NCBI GenBank assembly: GCA_951406725.2
Contig: OX597828.1
Span: 34,844,001 to 34,908,000, forward strand
Direction: 5' to 3'
Source of the DNA: Octopus vulgaris
Taxonomy: Eukaryota
Length of the DNA: 64,000 nt
Each line of letters opens with the position of its first letter. Position 1 is the first letter of the stretch. The notes below the pieces were generated by a model, which made no database searches, was not told the DNA's origin, and worked only from the letters and a program-made list of their open reading frames with translations. Made by a program: the position numbers and the translations under genes. Below are positions 14,901 to 29,771 of the stretch, one piece after another.

Positions 14901-15410
14901 TGTATGTATGTATGTATATATATTTACATACACACACACATAATAGTCATGATCAAATGATCAAGAAGACCATACTTCAAGGAAAAACAATTGAAACGTA
15001 AAGTACACATTCATTATTTCCCGTTCATGCTTTAACATAGAGGCGTTTTTCTGTGTAATCAAACTACCTTCTGACCTCTGATGATACTCTAATAACACAG
15101 CGAAACAGCCAACTAACTGCAAGATCTAAATCTAAACAAAACATATGTATTTATATCTTATATCTTTTACTTTTCAGTCATTAGACTGTGGTCATGATGG
15201 AGCAATGCCTGAAGGATTTTAGTTGAAGGAATTGATCCAATACTTATTGTGTTTTTATATGGTACATTGGTCTCTTAAGCCAAGCTGCTAAGTTACGGGG
15301 ATATAAATACACCAGCACTGGTTGTGAATCGGTGTTGGAGAGGACAAACATAGATAGAAACACACTCATATAAGCATTTGTATGTGTATATAAAAATATG
15401 TATACATACA

Positions 15411-15536
<126 letters not shown>

Positions 15537-15922
15537 GGAACAAAAGCGCAATAGAGGACAATAAAACATTCGAACAGATAGACGATACAAAGGCGCACAG
15601 GAGAAACATCAATTAGAACAGGATAAAAAAAAAAAACCGGTCGTTCGTGGCCTTTTTTCTCAGTCAAGTTTACCAGAAGTCTTTACTGTTTCCAACAGTT
15701 ACACTTGAGACAGTTCGGTTTGGTTTCCCCCCAAAAAAGTCTAAGCCAAGAGCATAAGACTTTTTTTGTAAGAAAACTGGCAAATGTGTACGGCAACAAA
15801 GACAGAAAATGGAGAACAAGGTACGCAATTACTAATACAAACAGCAAGAAAAAAACAACAGGTGTCTTTCGACTGAGAACGAAATGAAATGAAAGCCTAA
15901 AAGCAGGAACATGGTGGATATG

Positions 15923-15983
<61 letters not shown>

Positions 15984-16068
15984 TATAGTATATTGACTAA
16001 TTTTCCTACACGCTAGGCCAGTGGTAGTAAAACATTTCTGAAGTTTTTATTAACCTGATATTATTAAT

Positions 16069-16184
<116 letters not shown>

Positions 16185-17436
16185 CGACGGGCTTCTTTCA
16201 GTTTCCTTCTACGAAATCGACTTAGAACCCTTTTGTTGGCCCGAGGCTATACAGCAGAAAACACTTGCCCCAAGACATTTCCCCAGAGGAAATGAACCCG
16301 CAACCATGTTACCACACAGATACCTGCTTATAAGGAGAAATTTGTTAAAGAAAAATTTAAGATTATTAGTATTATCATTATTATTAAGGCAGCGAGCTGG
16401 CAGAATTGTTAACGCGCCGGATAAGGTACTTAGCGGCATTTGGTCCGTCTTTGCACTCTCTTTCTAATTCACGATGCGTTTAATTAAGTTGATTCGTACA
16501 TTTTCCTCACTTCTCGTTAATAATGGACAGCCTTCTCGATAAGAGACTCACTTACGACTTTATTCCACTGGCATTTTGTTGTAAGTTTGCCAAACGCTTA
16601 TACCTTACATTTAAGTCCTCTTCAGTTGATGCGATTCATGTTTGAACTGCGCGTTAAAATACCGATTAAACAAATTGTAAAGCGTCACTATTTCCGCTTT
16701 ATTCGGGAACAGATAATCTGTCTGGTCACACTTGATGGTTGTCGCCATTTCCTTTATCAGCCAGCTGGAGAAGGACAAACTGTTAAGTCTCTTTCCAATA
16801 TGAATGTATATGTACGGTATATAGATGCTGAAATATTTTGAATTTCTATTTTTGAATTTTTTTAATATTAGTTTCAAATTTTGGCACAAGGCCAGCAATT
16901 TCGGGTAAAGGGGCAAGTCGATTATATTGACCACAGTGCTCAGCTGGTACTTATTTTATCGATCCCGAATTGATGAAAGGCAAAGTCGACCACTGCAGAA
17001 TTAGAACTCAGATCGTAAGGACGGACGAAATAATTACTTAATAACAGTAATAATAATAATAATAGTAATAATAATAATAATAATGATGATGATGATGTAC
17101 CAGTATTCGATTGGTACTTATTTTATGGACCCCGAAAGGATGAAAGGCAAAGTCGGCTTCAGCGAGTTTTTCTACTATAGGTAACACATCTGTAGCTGGG
17201 CCTATGAACCGTCATTAAAGTCGCATATTTTCATTTGTACTTATTACTTATACGTAAAAGGAACAGTACATCCTTATTCTCTCTTTTTCCATTCTATTAA
17301 TACATAAATTGCAGTGGAATGTTGTTTATTGGAAATTACTACTTTTTTATGAGGAGATTTCAAATATTTTTAAAGTAGATATATACACCTCGTTGCATTT
17401 GCTTACAAATATACGCACGTTAAGGCGCAAAAATGC

Positions 17437-17485
<49 letters not shown>

Positions 17486-17499
17486 ATGTGTGTGTATAT

Positions 17500-17925
17500 G
17501 TTTGTGCGTCTGTGTTGTCCCCCCCAACATCTCTTGACAGCCGATGCTGGTGTGTTTACGTCCCTGTAACTTAGCGGTTCGGCAAAATAAATCCGATAGA
17601 ATAAGTACTAGGCTTACAAAGAATAAGCCCTGGGGTCGATTTGCTCGACTAAAGGTGGTGCTCTAGCATGGCCGCAGTAAACTGACTGAAACAAGTAAAA
17701 GAGTAAAAAAGAGTACTCTTTTACTCTTTTACTCTTTTACTTGTTTCAGTCATTTGACTGCGGCCATGCTGGAGCACCACCTTTACTCGAGCAACTCGAC
17801 CCCGGGACTTATTCTTTGTAAGCCCAGTACGTATTCTATCGGTTTCTTTTTGCCGAACCGCTAAGTGACGGGGACATAAACACACCAGCATCGGTTGTCA
17901 AACAATGCCAGGGGGACAAACACAG

Positions 17926-17958
<33 letters not shown>

Positions 17959-18102
17959 CATATATACGACAGGCTTCCTTCAGTTTCCGTCTACCAAATC
18001 CACTCACAAGTCATTGGTCGGCCCGGGGCTATAGCAGAAGACACTTGCCAAAGATACCACGCAGTGGGACTGAACCCGGAACCATGTGGTTGGTTAGCAA
18101 GC

Positions 18103-18105
<3 letters not shown>
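17500..18105. mobile_element. Two SINE family A copies fused tail-to-tail (+ 17500-17714; - 17715-18105)
   Basis: Junction palindrome aaaagagtactctttt; the arms are reverse complements. Confidence 0.9.
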
Positions 18106-18159
<54 letters not shown>

Positions 18160-18361
18160 TTAACATCAAACAGTAACAGCTGTGGCCCTGTTGTATGAAG
18201 TTTGCTTCCCAGCTATATGGTTTCACTTGCAAGTGTCTTCAGATATAACTTCGTGTCTTATATATATATATATATATATTAATTAATAGGTGAGAAATTA
18301 GATACAGATATAACTTCGCATCGAGCAAAGCATTGTGAGTGGGTTTCATTAGGAAACTGAA

Positions 18362-18393
<32 letters not shown>

Positions 18394-18396
<3 letters not shown>

Positions 18397-18477
18397 AGAA
18401 ATGGTAAGACAGCAAAAGAATGAAAGAGACCTCGATATTATGTAAATAGAAGAACTTATCTGTTCATATAATATGTG

Positions 18478-18480
<3 letters not shown>
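18394..18480 (-). mobile_element. Solo fragment of the PLE 3' terminus inside (TA)n
   Basis: Reverse complement matches ~61492-61576 (ctatttacataata..gaggtctctttc..ttcttttg). Confidence 0.75.
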
Positions 18481-18529
<49 letters not shown>

Positions 18530-18745
18530 GTTATATATATGTTTGTGTCTGTGTTTGTCCCCACAACAGTCGCTTCAGGACCGATGTTGGTGTGTTTATT
18601 TAGCGGTTCGGACAAAGCGACCGATAGAATAAGTTCGAGGCTTACAAAGAATAAGTCCGGTGGGGGGGAGGTTGTTCGACTAAAGGCGGTGCTCCAGCAT
18701 GGCCGCAGTCAAATGACTGAAACATGTACAAGAATAAAAGAGTAT

Positions 18746-18833
<88 letters not shown>

Positions 18834-19031
18834 GTATGTATCTATATATCTGTATATATATATATATATATATATACATATATGTACACACATACATAGA
18901 TACACATTTGGTGTGTGTATGTGTGTGTATATGTGTCTGTGCATTTATTTGTGGGTGTATGTGCATGTCTTTGTGCTTATCCACCACCTCCCTTGGCAAT
19001 CAATGTTGACTGACAGAATAATTACCGGACC

Positions 19032-19430
19032 AAGGCGGCGAGCTGGCAGAAATGTTAGAACACCGGGCGAAATGCTTAGCGGTATTTCGTCTGCCGCTAC
19101 GTTCTGAGTTCAAATTCCGCCGAGGTCGACTTTGCCTCATCCTTTCGGGATCGATAAATTAAGTACCAGTTACGCACTAGGGTCGATGTAATCGACTTAA
19201 TCCGTTTGTCTGTCCTTGTTTGTCCCCTTTGCGTTTAGCCCCTTATGGGTAATAAAGAAATAGGTATTTCGTCTGCCACTACGTTCTGAGTTCAAATTCC
19301 GCCAAGGTCGACTTTGCCTTTCATCCTTTCGTGCTCAATAAATTAAGTACCAGTTGCGTACTAGGGTCGATCTAATCGACTGGCCCCTTCTACCAAAATT
19401 TCGGGCCTTGTGCCTACAGTAGAAAAGAAT
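19032..19430 (+). mobile_element. SINE family B partial tandem dimer with two different tails
   Basis: The second unit restarts at 19263 with ggtatttcgtctg. Confidence 0.9.
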
Positions 19431-19996
19431 AATTAGCAGACTTCAAAATATAAGTACCAGAGTCAATATAAGTACCTTGAAGGTAGTGCTCCAGCCTGGC
19501 CGCAGTCTAATCACTGAAACGAGTAAAGGAATAAAGGAAAAAACAACGGAACGTGTAAATATGAAGAATGCGTTGTCTTGAAATTCTTCTTATTTTCTCA
19601 TCGAATAAAAAAGCAACAATTCTTAATCGTCTTTCAATGAATCTAAGACAATAAAACAAACAAATAGATAAAATAAATAAAATAAAATAAAATAGACAAA
19701 TTTCTAGTTTGTAGGATTAATGACATCGGAATGTAGAAATATTTTGGTGGTAAATTTGTGTCAATAGGCCAAATGTGTGCAATCTATGACAACGTATAGT
19801 CAAAGATTCGTTAATAACGAAAAGAATCTATTGAAAAATAAATATTTAATTGATTAAAAGATTGTAATGCCAACATTCCATTCTATACTATTCCATTCCA
19901 TTCCATTCTATTTCATTCTATACCAAAACGATATGGCGTTTATTTGTTTTAGTTGCATTCTTTGATGCCTTCAATTTCCTATTATTATTATTATTA

Positions 19997-20043
<47 letters not shown>

Positions 20044-20074
20044 GTTATTGTTATTATTATTATTATTATTTTAA

Positions 20075-20126
<52 letters not shown>

Positions 20127-20843
20127 ATTTTCCCGCCTTTTTCATCGGCTCTGTTGGTTGGCAAAATATCTATATAGAAATTATTTCGTGGAAAAAAAAA
20201 AAAGGTAGGAAAAAATGAAAGAAGGAAGAAAACAAATGCGTGAAATAATTTTGGTTTTTGATTGATTACATTGGTTGGTTGAAGAAAAGAAAATTAGGAT
20301 AACAATGTGAGAAAATCGTGAACAAAATGAAAAACAATGAATGTAAATACGCAGTGAAAATAAGAGGCAAATATAATGGAGGCGCAGGCGTGGCTGTTTT
20401 GGGTTCAGTTCCACAGTGCAGCACCTTGGGAAAGTATCTTTTATCAATGCCTTATCTGTGAATATGGTAGACAGAAACTGTTTTGAAGACTGTCGTGTGT
20501 ATATGTCTATGTGCGTGTGTGTGAGAGAGAGAGAGAGAGAAAGAGGAGAGCGAAAGTGAGAGAGAGAGAGAAAGAGAGGGAGAGAGAGAAGGGGAAAGAG
20601 AGAGAGAGAAACGCTTGGCAGTCAGTGTTTCTTTTTATGTCTCCGACACTGAGCGGTTCGGCCAAGAAACCGATAGAATAAGTACCGGTCTTTAAAAAAA
20701 AATTCTGGAGTTGATTTGTTCGACTAAAATCTCTTGAATACGCCGCCCCAGCATGGTTGCAGTCCAAGGACTGATACAATTTAGTAGAAAATAAAAATAA
20801 AAAGAATAATGGAAGAAATATCGAAAGTGAAAGTGAAAGTACT

Positions 20844-21015
20844 AGGCGCAGGAGTGGCTGTGTGGTAAGTAGCTTGCTAACCAACCACATGGTTCCGGGT
20901 TCAGTCCCACTGCGTGGCATCTTGGGCAAGTGTCTTCTGCTATAACCCCGGGCCGACCAATGCCTTGTGAGTGGATTTGGTAGACGGAAACTGAAAGAAG
21001 CCTGTCGTATATATG

Positions 21016-21046
<31 letters not shown>

Positions 21047-21257
21047 CTGTGTTTGTCCCCCTAGCATTGCTTGACAACCGATGCTGGTATGTATACGTCC
21101 CCGTCACTTAGCGGTTCGGCAAAAGAGACCGATAGAATAAGTACTGGGCTTACAAAAAAGAATAAGTCCCTGGGTCGATTTGCTCGACTAAAGGCGGTGC
21201 TCCAGCATGGCCGCAGTCAAATGACTGAAACAAGTAAAAGAGTAAAAGAGAAAGAGT
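20844..21257 (+). mobile_element. SINE family A (tRNA head, CORE-like segment, internal TA/TG microsatellite), full length
   Basis: A-box tggctgtgtgg, B-box ggttcagtcc, CORE-like cttgggcaagtgtctt, (gtaaaaga)n tail; many copies in the window. Confidence 0.9.
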
Positions 21258-21617
21258 ATGTTCATGTATAACAATGTCGGAAAATTGTTTTGTATTCGTC
21301 TTTCTTTTGATGTTGTTGTTGCGACCACAGCATCGTCAGCTTAATTTCAATTAAGTACTTGTGTGCGGTACCGAACAACAAAACTCCCACTACCATCATA
21401 CATGCTTGCTCTTTCTGTTATCCCCACGCATCACCACTACTATGTACGAGCCAACGAGGATGGTTTTACGTGATTTTTCTGCCTGCTAGATATAGCAGCC
21501 AAATCTATCTCAACTCAAGTTTACACGCTCAAGTTTAAACAGCTAGTAAACATTGAATGATGGTGCTAATCCGTGGTACATTACATATATACATACATAT
21601 GTATGTATGTATATGTA

Positions 21618-21735
<118 letters not shown>

Positions 21736-21740
21736 CATAC

Positions 21741-21773
<33 letters not shown>

Positions 21774-21933
21774 CACATACATACATACATACATACATAC
21801 ATACATACATACATACATACACGTACATATAACTTAAAAGGACAGAGTATTTAATCTTAGTACGCCTTTGATCACAGATCTACGCAATCGGGACTGACTT
21901 GGGCTTAAATATCATCACCACCACCGCCTCCAT

Positions 21934-21980
<47 letters not shown>

Positions 21981-22353
21981 ACACCACCACCTCCACCACC
22001 ACCACCACCACCGCCACCGCCGCCACCACCACCACCACCACCACCACCACCACAACCACTACTACTACTACTACTACTTACTCTGTCCCGAAGGCTTGCA
22101 TTAAAATTCCTTCTCTAATCCTTGTTTCCCTAAAATATCGAATCTCAGAGATCCTCGACACCCCACCTTAACCCACCACCTCTCCATCCCCTCCATCCCC
22201 TCCACATTTGCATTTTTCTTTCTGTGAAAAGTCAATTTGCTAGATATTCAAGATGAACGCAAACCGAATCAATCTTACCATTCTCGGGGGCCTTTCGAAG
22301 GTGATAGGTATATCCTTCACAGACACATACATACATTCATGTATATATATACA

Positions 22354-22389
<36 letters not shown>

Positions 22390-22396
22390 TATATAA

Positions 22397-22443
<47 letters not shown>

Positions 22444-22564
22444 GATACATATATACATATATATGTGTGTGTATGCATTTATATATGCATATATATATTC
22501 ATATATATATATATATATATACATGTATATATATATATATATACATGTATGTATATATACACAC

Positions 22565-22673
<109 letters not shown>

Positions 22674-22852
22674 TATATATAAAGGATCAACATATGACAG
22701 AAAGTATATTTCACAAGAAATAAATATTTATGATATAAGATAGCCGAGGTTAACAGTCGATAAGTTAACAACTCTGAGTTTTTCGTGGTATTTCTTTGTT
22801 TTGGAAAAATATACCCGCCGAAGTGATGTTGTTGGAAGGACATATCTATACA

Positions 22853-22911
<59 letters not shown>

Positions 22912-23560
22912 GCATATATATATATACTCGTGAATATGTGCATTTTGTGATGATATGTAAATAAGAGGCCTCGGGCGCATGCTCAGGCAATATTGATTAA
23001 TAAAATCGATTCTACCTTTGCTTAAAATAAATAGGTCGACTGTGAAAAGAGCTACATGCAAAAATCAAAAAACAAGAAAAACAAAAAAAAAAAAAAGAAA
23101 GAAATATCTCGCTTCCACATATCGAAATACGAACACTTGGCGCAAACTAACTGAAAACACACGCGCGCGCGTGCAATGAACAAACAAACACCCAAAAGAA
23201 AACCCCGCAACATTTATATTATTACATACAATTTCAATTCCCCCGTCTCGTCCCTATCGGTACATCTTTCAAAATAATTCACACGCGTTGCCTGTTATTT
23301 GCATTCTTATAAGTCACACAACGTACCGTATATAGCATGTATACGTTTGTATTGAAATAAAAGATTCGAAGCACGATTGGCTCAATCCAAATAAATAGAA
23401 TAGAATAGAATAGAATAGAATAGAAAAAAAATATTTTTTTTTAGTAGTAATTAAAATTTATTTAACCAACTTCGATAGGCAAACCTCGCAAATTACCTTT
23501 GCCGTTCTCATAGCACATACAACTTCATACTTACGTGCATACATACATTTATATAAATGT

Positions 23561-23635
<75 letters not shown>

Positions 23636-23766
23636 CGTGTGTGTGTGTGTGTTTATGAATATATATATATATATATATAAATAAATGGATTCACGGTAAC
23701 TGCAGTGAATTTGCCTTTTAGCAGTTGAAATATGTCACAAACATATTTCAACTAACCGAAATTTTG

Positions 23767-23868
<102 letters not shown>

Positions 23869-23904
23869 CATGTGTGTGTGTGCGTGTATGTTGTGCACAG
23901 TCGA

Positions 23905-24565
23905 TAAAAATACGTGTAAAAGGGAACAATAGTAAATCATACCCTCATCAGCTACCTCGCTAAGGATATGTAGTTTTGATACCTTGAAATGGAACTACTA
24001 TAGATGTGTCAAGTAACAATAGATGCAGTGTTAGGCATCTTATATTTTGGAAACGAGACATACATACAAAAATCAAATAAATCGCGAAATGGAAATGGAA
24101 TCTTGATTACCGTGACGGTAGAAATGCAAAGATAGGGAAAGAAAGTATGGGGTTTTTTTTAAGACTTGCGATTAAGACAAGAAAACTGAAAGCATAGATA
24201 TGGATAAGATAAAGTTGAGTTAAATGAAATTTAATTATTTTTTGATAAAATACGATAAAATAAAATGAAACAAATCACGTGCAACAAGAACGAAGCAGAA
24301 AAAAAGAAGAAATATGATCCATGTATTTACAGATGAATTAAAAGATAAAATAGAGTTTTGGCTACAGTGGAAGCAGGAAGAGGCAAGTTGAGAATGGCAG
24401 GAGGCAGAGTGTACAGAAACAGTTGCCTAACAAACCGTATCTAGTGGTTATTGATATCATTAAAGTAGCAGTTCTATCTCAAGGCGTGAAAATTGCGTAT
24501 CCTTAGCGAGAAAGCTGATGAGGGGATTATTTTCGATTGTTCTGTCTTTTACATGTTTTTATTAT
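23905..24565. repeat. Diverged ~95-bp inverted repeats (~23905-24000 / ~24465-24565)
   Basis: ccctcatcagct..ctcgctaaggata versus tatccttagcgag..agctgatgaggg. Confidence 0.75.
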
Positions 24566-24753
24566 TTGTTCATGTTCCTTACATTAATGATTGTCTACAC
24601 ACATAGCCAAAGTTTCTTGTACGTTATACGGAGGTAGAGTTTATGTGTCTGTTAAAGCTGGAACTTCCATTTGTCTCTGCTGGAAGACTCAAATGCCTGT
24701 TTGTCAATGCGACAGATCGTAATGCAATATTCTGAGTCTGGTACAAAAACAAG

Positions 24754-24795
<42 letters not shown>

Positions 24796-26526
24796 CATAA
24801 GGCTTATGATTGGTACTACTGTAAAGCTGGAGTGATTGATAGTCTGCAAAGAGATCGATACTCGTTAAAGCTCAACACTTAATTCCCACCGCCCATCCAT
24901 ACATACACCCATCCATTCTCCCATCCAATGACCCAGACACCCAACTACCCTTTCCAGTCGCCCAACTACCCATCTAGCCACCCAACCAAGCTACAACATT
25001 GGGTTGCATATTAATATTTTTTTTTTCTAACACAGCCTGTTTATTATTCCATTAGCCGTTCAGATTTTGTCAGTTTTACAAAGTAATTGATCGTCAATTA
25101 GATGCCTTCATAAAACTTCTCCATCATTCATTTCATGATGTTCCATCGCTCTTCCGTCTCTCTTTCAATCTAGAGAAATTCGCAGATGTCTATACACACA
25201 TGAATCTTTAGTCTTTTAGTTGTTTTATTTACTGGGACTGTGCCCCACCCCTGCAGGGGTACTGCCATGAAGGGTTTTAGTCAAATAAATCGACTCTATT
25301 ACTTAAAAAAAAAAGAAGAATTTCTGGTACTTCTATTGTTCGTGTTTTTTGATGCCTCTGTAACTAAGTGGTTCGGCAATAAGCGACCGGCTAAATAGGT
25401 ATCAGACTTTAAGATATAAATATCGGGATCGATTCTAACATCAGTGATGGGAGATAAACACAACGATACAAAGACATACACATATAAATACATTTACTAA
25501 CGGATTCAACATAGTTTCCCTCTCTCAAATTTACTAACAAGGTACAGGTCGGCCCCGGGTGATGAGCAGTAGGATTGAACCTGAAACCACGTGATTGCAA
25601 AGTGAGGTTCTTAAACACAAATATAACAGTACACTTCTCTCTCTCTCTCTCTGTATATATATATATTATTCAAAGAAATTCCAACTTTGTTTTTTATGGT
25701 TTATTTATATTCTTTATAATATTAATGTAGAATATAGAATATATAGTATAAAAAGTATATATAGTATAATGAAGTGAAGTATTGATTGCCTTATTGAATA
25801 GATGAAATATTGAATGTCAAATATTAAGGTACTAGTATACATTCTTGCATTAAAGCAGTCTTCAAGGTCCCAGGTTGTGACAGGAGTGTTTACATACATA
25901 CACAAAACACACACAAATATATACCCACATTTACTATCTCTGATTTTATCCTTATCTATATCTCTTTATTTACATCTCAATCTATCTTTCTATTTTCTCT
26001 TCATTTATATCTACTCCGTCGCCCTGCATATGTATACATATCGGCAATCTTGTCCGCTCATCAATATCCCATCGGCTTATGTTACCGACACAGCCAAATT
26101 GAACAACTTTATCGGAAGGTGTCGAAACGGTGATGATATTTGTTCAATAACTGATGAGGGATTATACCTGCGTCAATGGAGTGAGGTTTTTTTCCTGCTT
26201 CCCTTATGTTCCTTTGTTGTCCCCCTGTGCCCCCCCCCCCCGGACACATTTTTCAAGCTCCCCTCTGACACTGTTCCCAGTCACTTTCCACCTCATTTAC
26301 ACTTCTAACATTATCTCGTGCCTCCTTCTAGAATCTGTTCATCTCTCTCTTTCTCTATCTGTATGTTTGCCTAATAATCTCTTTATATTCCTTTTGTCTC
26401 TCCATCTGCCAAGGGTGTGGATTAGTTAAATGGTTTGAGCACAGAACAAAATGCTTCGCATTATTTGCACCGGTGCTTTATGCTCCGAGTTCAAATACCT
26501 CCGAGGATAATTAATGGTAGCTCGGT

Positions 26527-26915
26527 ACCTCGTGGAAGCGTCATCCAACCAAAATGCAAATATATGGGAAGCTACCACTTGTGTCATCTCTTGTGAAAGG
26601 TAGGAGAGTCCATTTTGCTGGACATTGTTGTAGAGCTGAAAACGAGGCAATTTCTACTCTTCTCCTCTGGAAGCCATCTACTCGCAATACCAGAGGGCGC
26701 ACACTCTCCTACCCTGATGTAATCTCCAGGGATACAGGCATCCAGCAACAGGACCTCCGTAATGCCATGATGGACCGTGAAGTCTGGCGTAGCATGGTAA
26801 ATTCCATTGTCTTCGACCAGCGGGGTGGCGTCGTTCGAAGGCTAAAACAATGCGAACGCATTGTGACCAGCGATGTGTAGCAACATCTGATGGTCTGGTC
26901 GGTCACGTGATCACG
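26527..26915 (+). mobile_element. RTE-clade LINE 3' fragment (ORF2 C-terminus + tail)
   Basis: SWKRHPTK..IYGKLP..RRVHFAGHCCR..LLLWKP..RGR..YPDVI..AMMDREVWR is a typical RTE post-RT C-terminus. Confidence 0.85.
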
Positions 26916-27424
26916 TGATATATATATATATATATATGTATATACGCACACATACATGTTTGTATGTGTTTGAGTGTGTGTGCGTGCGCTCGTTTCTTTG
27001 TGTCCGTGTTTGCACCCACCATCGCTTGACAACCAATGTTGGTGCGTTTACGTTCCCATAACGAGCGGTTCGGCAGAAGATACCGATAGAATTAGTATCA
27101 AGCTTGAAAAAAAAAAGTACTGGGGTCGGTTTATTCGACTAAAAATTCTTCAAGCATGAAGTTCTTAGACTGCGGTTTTACTGGGTTGTCAGACAAATTC
27201 GTTCCTGTTGGGTTTTTTTTTCTTCTTCTTCTTGGCACTCCGTCTTCGGACACCTGAAAAGAGGTAAAATTTATTCAAATTTTAAGATAATGATAAACAA
27301 AAGATGTAGAGGAAAAATAATTACACAGGAAAAAAAAACCCAAAAAACCTCCCAAAAATGCTAAAAATAAATTTCTTGTTAATTCAAGTAATTTTAGAAA
27401 GCATTAAAATAAATGGTAAAACAA

Positions 27425-27581
27425 GATGTGGCCGTGTGGTAAGAAGCTAGCTTCCTAACCACCCGGTTCTGGGTTCAGTCCCACTACGTGGCACCTTGGG
27501 CAAGTGTCTTCTACTATATCCTCGGGCCGACCAAAGCCTTGTGAGTGGATTTGGTAGTTGGAAACTGAAAGAAACCCGTCG

Positions 27582-27655
<74 letters not shown>

Positions 27656-27900
27656 TGTGTATGTATGTATATGTTTGTGTGTCTGCGTTTGCCCCCTCCT
27701 CCATCATCGCTTGACAACCGATGCTGGTGTGTTTACGTCCCCGTAACTAGGCGACTCGGCAAAAGAGAATCGATAGAATAAGTACCAGGCTTACAAAGAA
27801 TAAGTCTTGGGGGGGAGTCGACTTCTTCGACTAAAAGAGTGGTGCTCCAGCATGGCCGCAGTGAAATGACTGAAACAAGCAAAAGAATAAAAGAATAAAT
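27425..27900 (+). mobile_element. SINE family A copy
   Basis: Same head, core and tail as 20844. Confidence 0.88.
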
Positions 27901-28530
27901 AAAAAAACACGAAGAACCGAATGAATTCGACAACCAAATATTAACTTGCCTTCTTCTTCTTCTTCTGTTCCCCAGTTCTCCAAGAACTCCCTTTTGATCC
28001 CTCTCTTTATTTCCCCTGTGATTCTCTCTATAACCTTTATTCTAACTTTCAACCTTTTTCTCTTTAATTCTTCTTCATCTTCGTCTCCTTCCTTTCTTTC
28101 TTTATCTCCTTCTGCTCAAACTTATCACACTGTTTATATGTTTGTCTCTTCTTGTCCCCTTTTTATTCCGTTCTGTCTCTTCCAGTGTTTTGTTTTATAA
28201 GCATCCCTCTTATTTTTCTCGCTGTTCTTATTTATCGATAGTCTTCTTCCATTTCAACATGTCTGCCTTTTACTCTCCTAACACCTCTTTATCTCAGCAT
28301 ATAATATGTCTATTGTTTTATTTTTCTTCTTCCTTCCTTTACTTCTCTTACCATGACATTGTTTATCTCGTAAACACCTTCTCCCCATCCAGCTAGCTGG
28401 TCAGCCATCCAGCATTCTATCCATCCATTCTATCCATCCATCCATCCATCCATCCATCCATCCATCCATCCATCCATCATCCATACATACATCTTTCTAC
28501 AGAAGCACCCATGCAGCTATCCACTGTTTG

Positions 28531-28638
<108 letters not shown>

Positions 28639-28676
28639 ATCTGTCATTCTCTCTCTCTCTTTATATATACACAGCA

Positions 28677-28734
<58 letters not shown>

Positions 28735-28801
28735 TTATTTTTCTATCTATCAGTCTATATATCTATCTGTCTGTCTATCTATCTATCAATCAATTTATTT
28801 T

Positions 28802-28863
<62 letters not shown>

Positions 28864-29421
28864 AATCTATCTGCCTGTCTGTCTGTCATGTCTCTCGTCT
28901 CTCTCATCTCTCTCTCTCTCTCTCTCTCTATCGATCGTCTGTTTCTATCTATCTCCCATCTTCCTTCCTTTCTTTACTAAACCCTCTTTTACCACCCCAC
29001 TTTCCTCTCTTTACATAGAAAGCCATTAAATAACTCAAGCCTAACAAAAGAACTAATTACATCGCCTTTCATTGAGTCTTAGTTTCGACATTTCCACTCT
29101 CCATTCTCCATTCTCCATTCTCCTAGACTAACACAGCGAACAGATGATGGTGTTTATAGCGCCCTACATTTTCATTTCTTCGGGAGAAGATATTCTCCAA
29201 TGCTCCAGTACTATTACATAATGCCTCACAAAGACATTAAGATAACTCTTTCAGCGATTTCCTCGTAGACAATATGGCTGCCGAGTTTTAATGACACCCA
29301 GAAAGAAAATGGCCGAATACATATGACAACTGATATATATATTTCATTGTTTTGCCGAATTTTCTCAAAATATTGAAATACAAATCTTCGGGTAATAAAT
29401 AAATGCTTCAATCTCCAACAG

Positions 29422-29460
<39 letters not shown>

Positions 29461-29728
29461 ACACACACACACAAACAATCTCTCTCCCTCTCTTGCTTTC
29501 AGCCTGTCAGTCTGTCTTTGGTTGGCTCAATGTCCTTTTACTAGCTTATCTAGACATCTATCCTCTCTAATTTTGTAGCTTTTTCTCATTCTTTCTTTTT
29601 ATCTTTCATTCTCTTATGCACTCATTGTCTTTCTCTCCCCCTCTCTCTCCGTCTCTCTCTCTCTCACACACATTCTCTTTCTCTTTCATACACATATACA
29701 CACATTCTCTCTCATTCTCTCCATCCCC

Positions 29729-29771
<43 letters not shown>

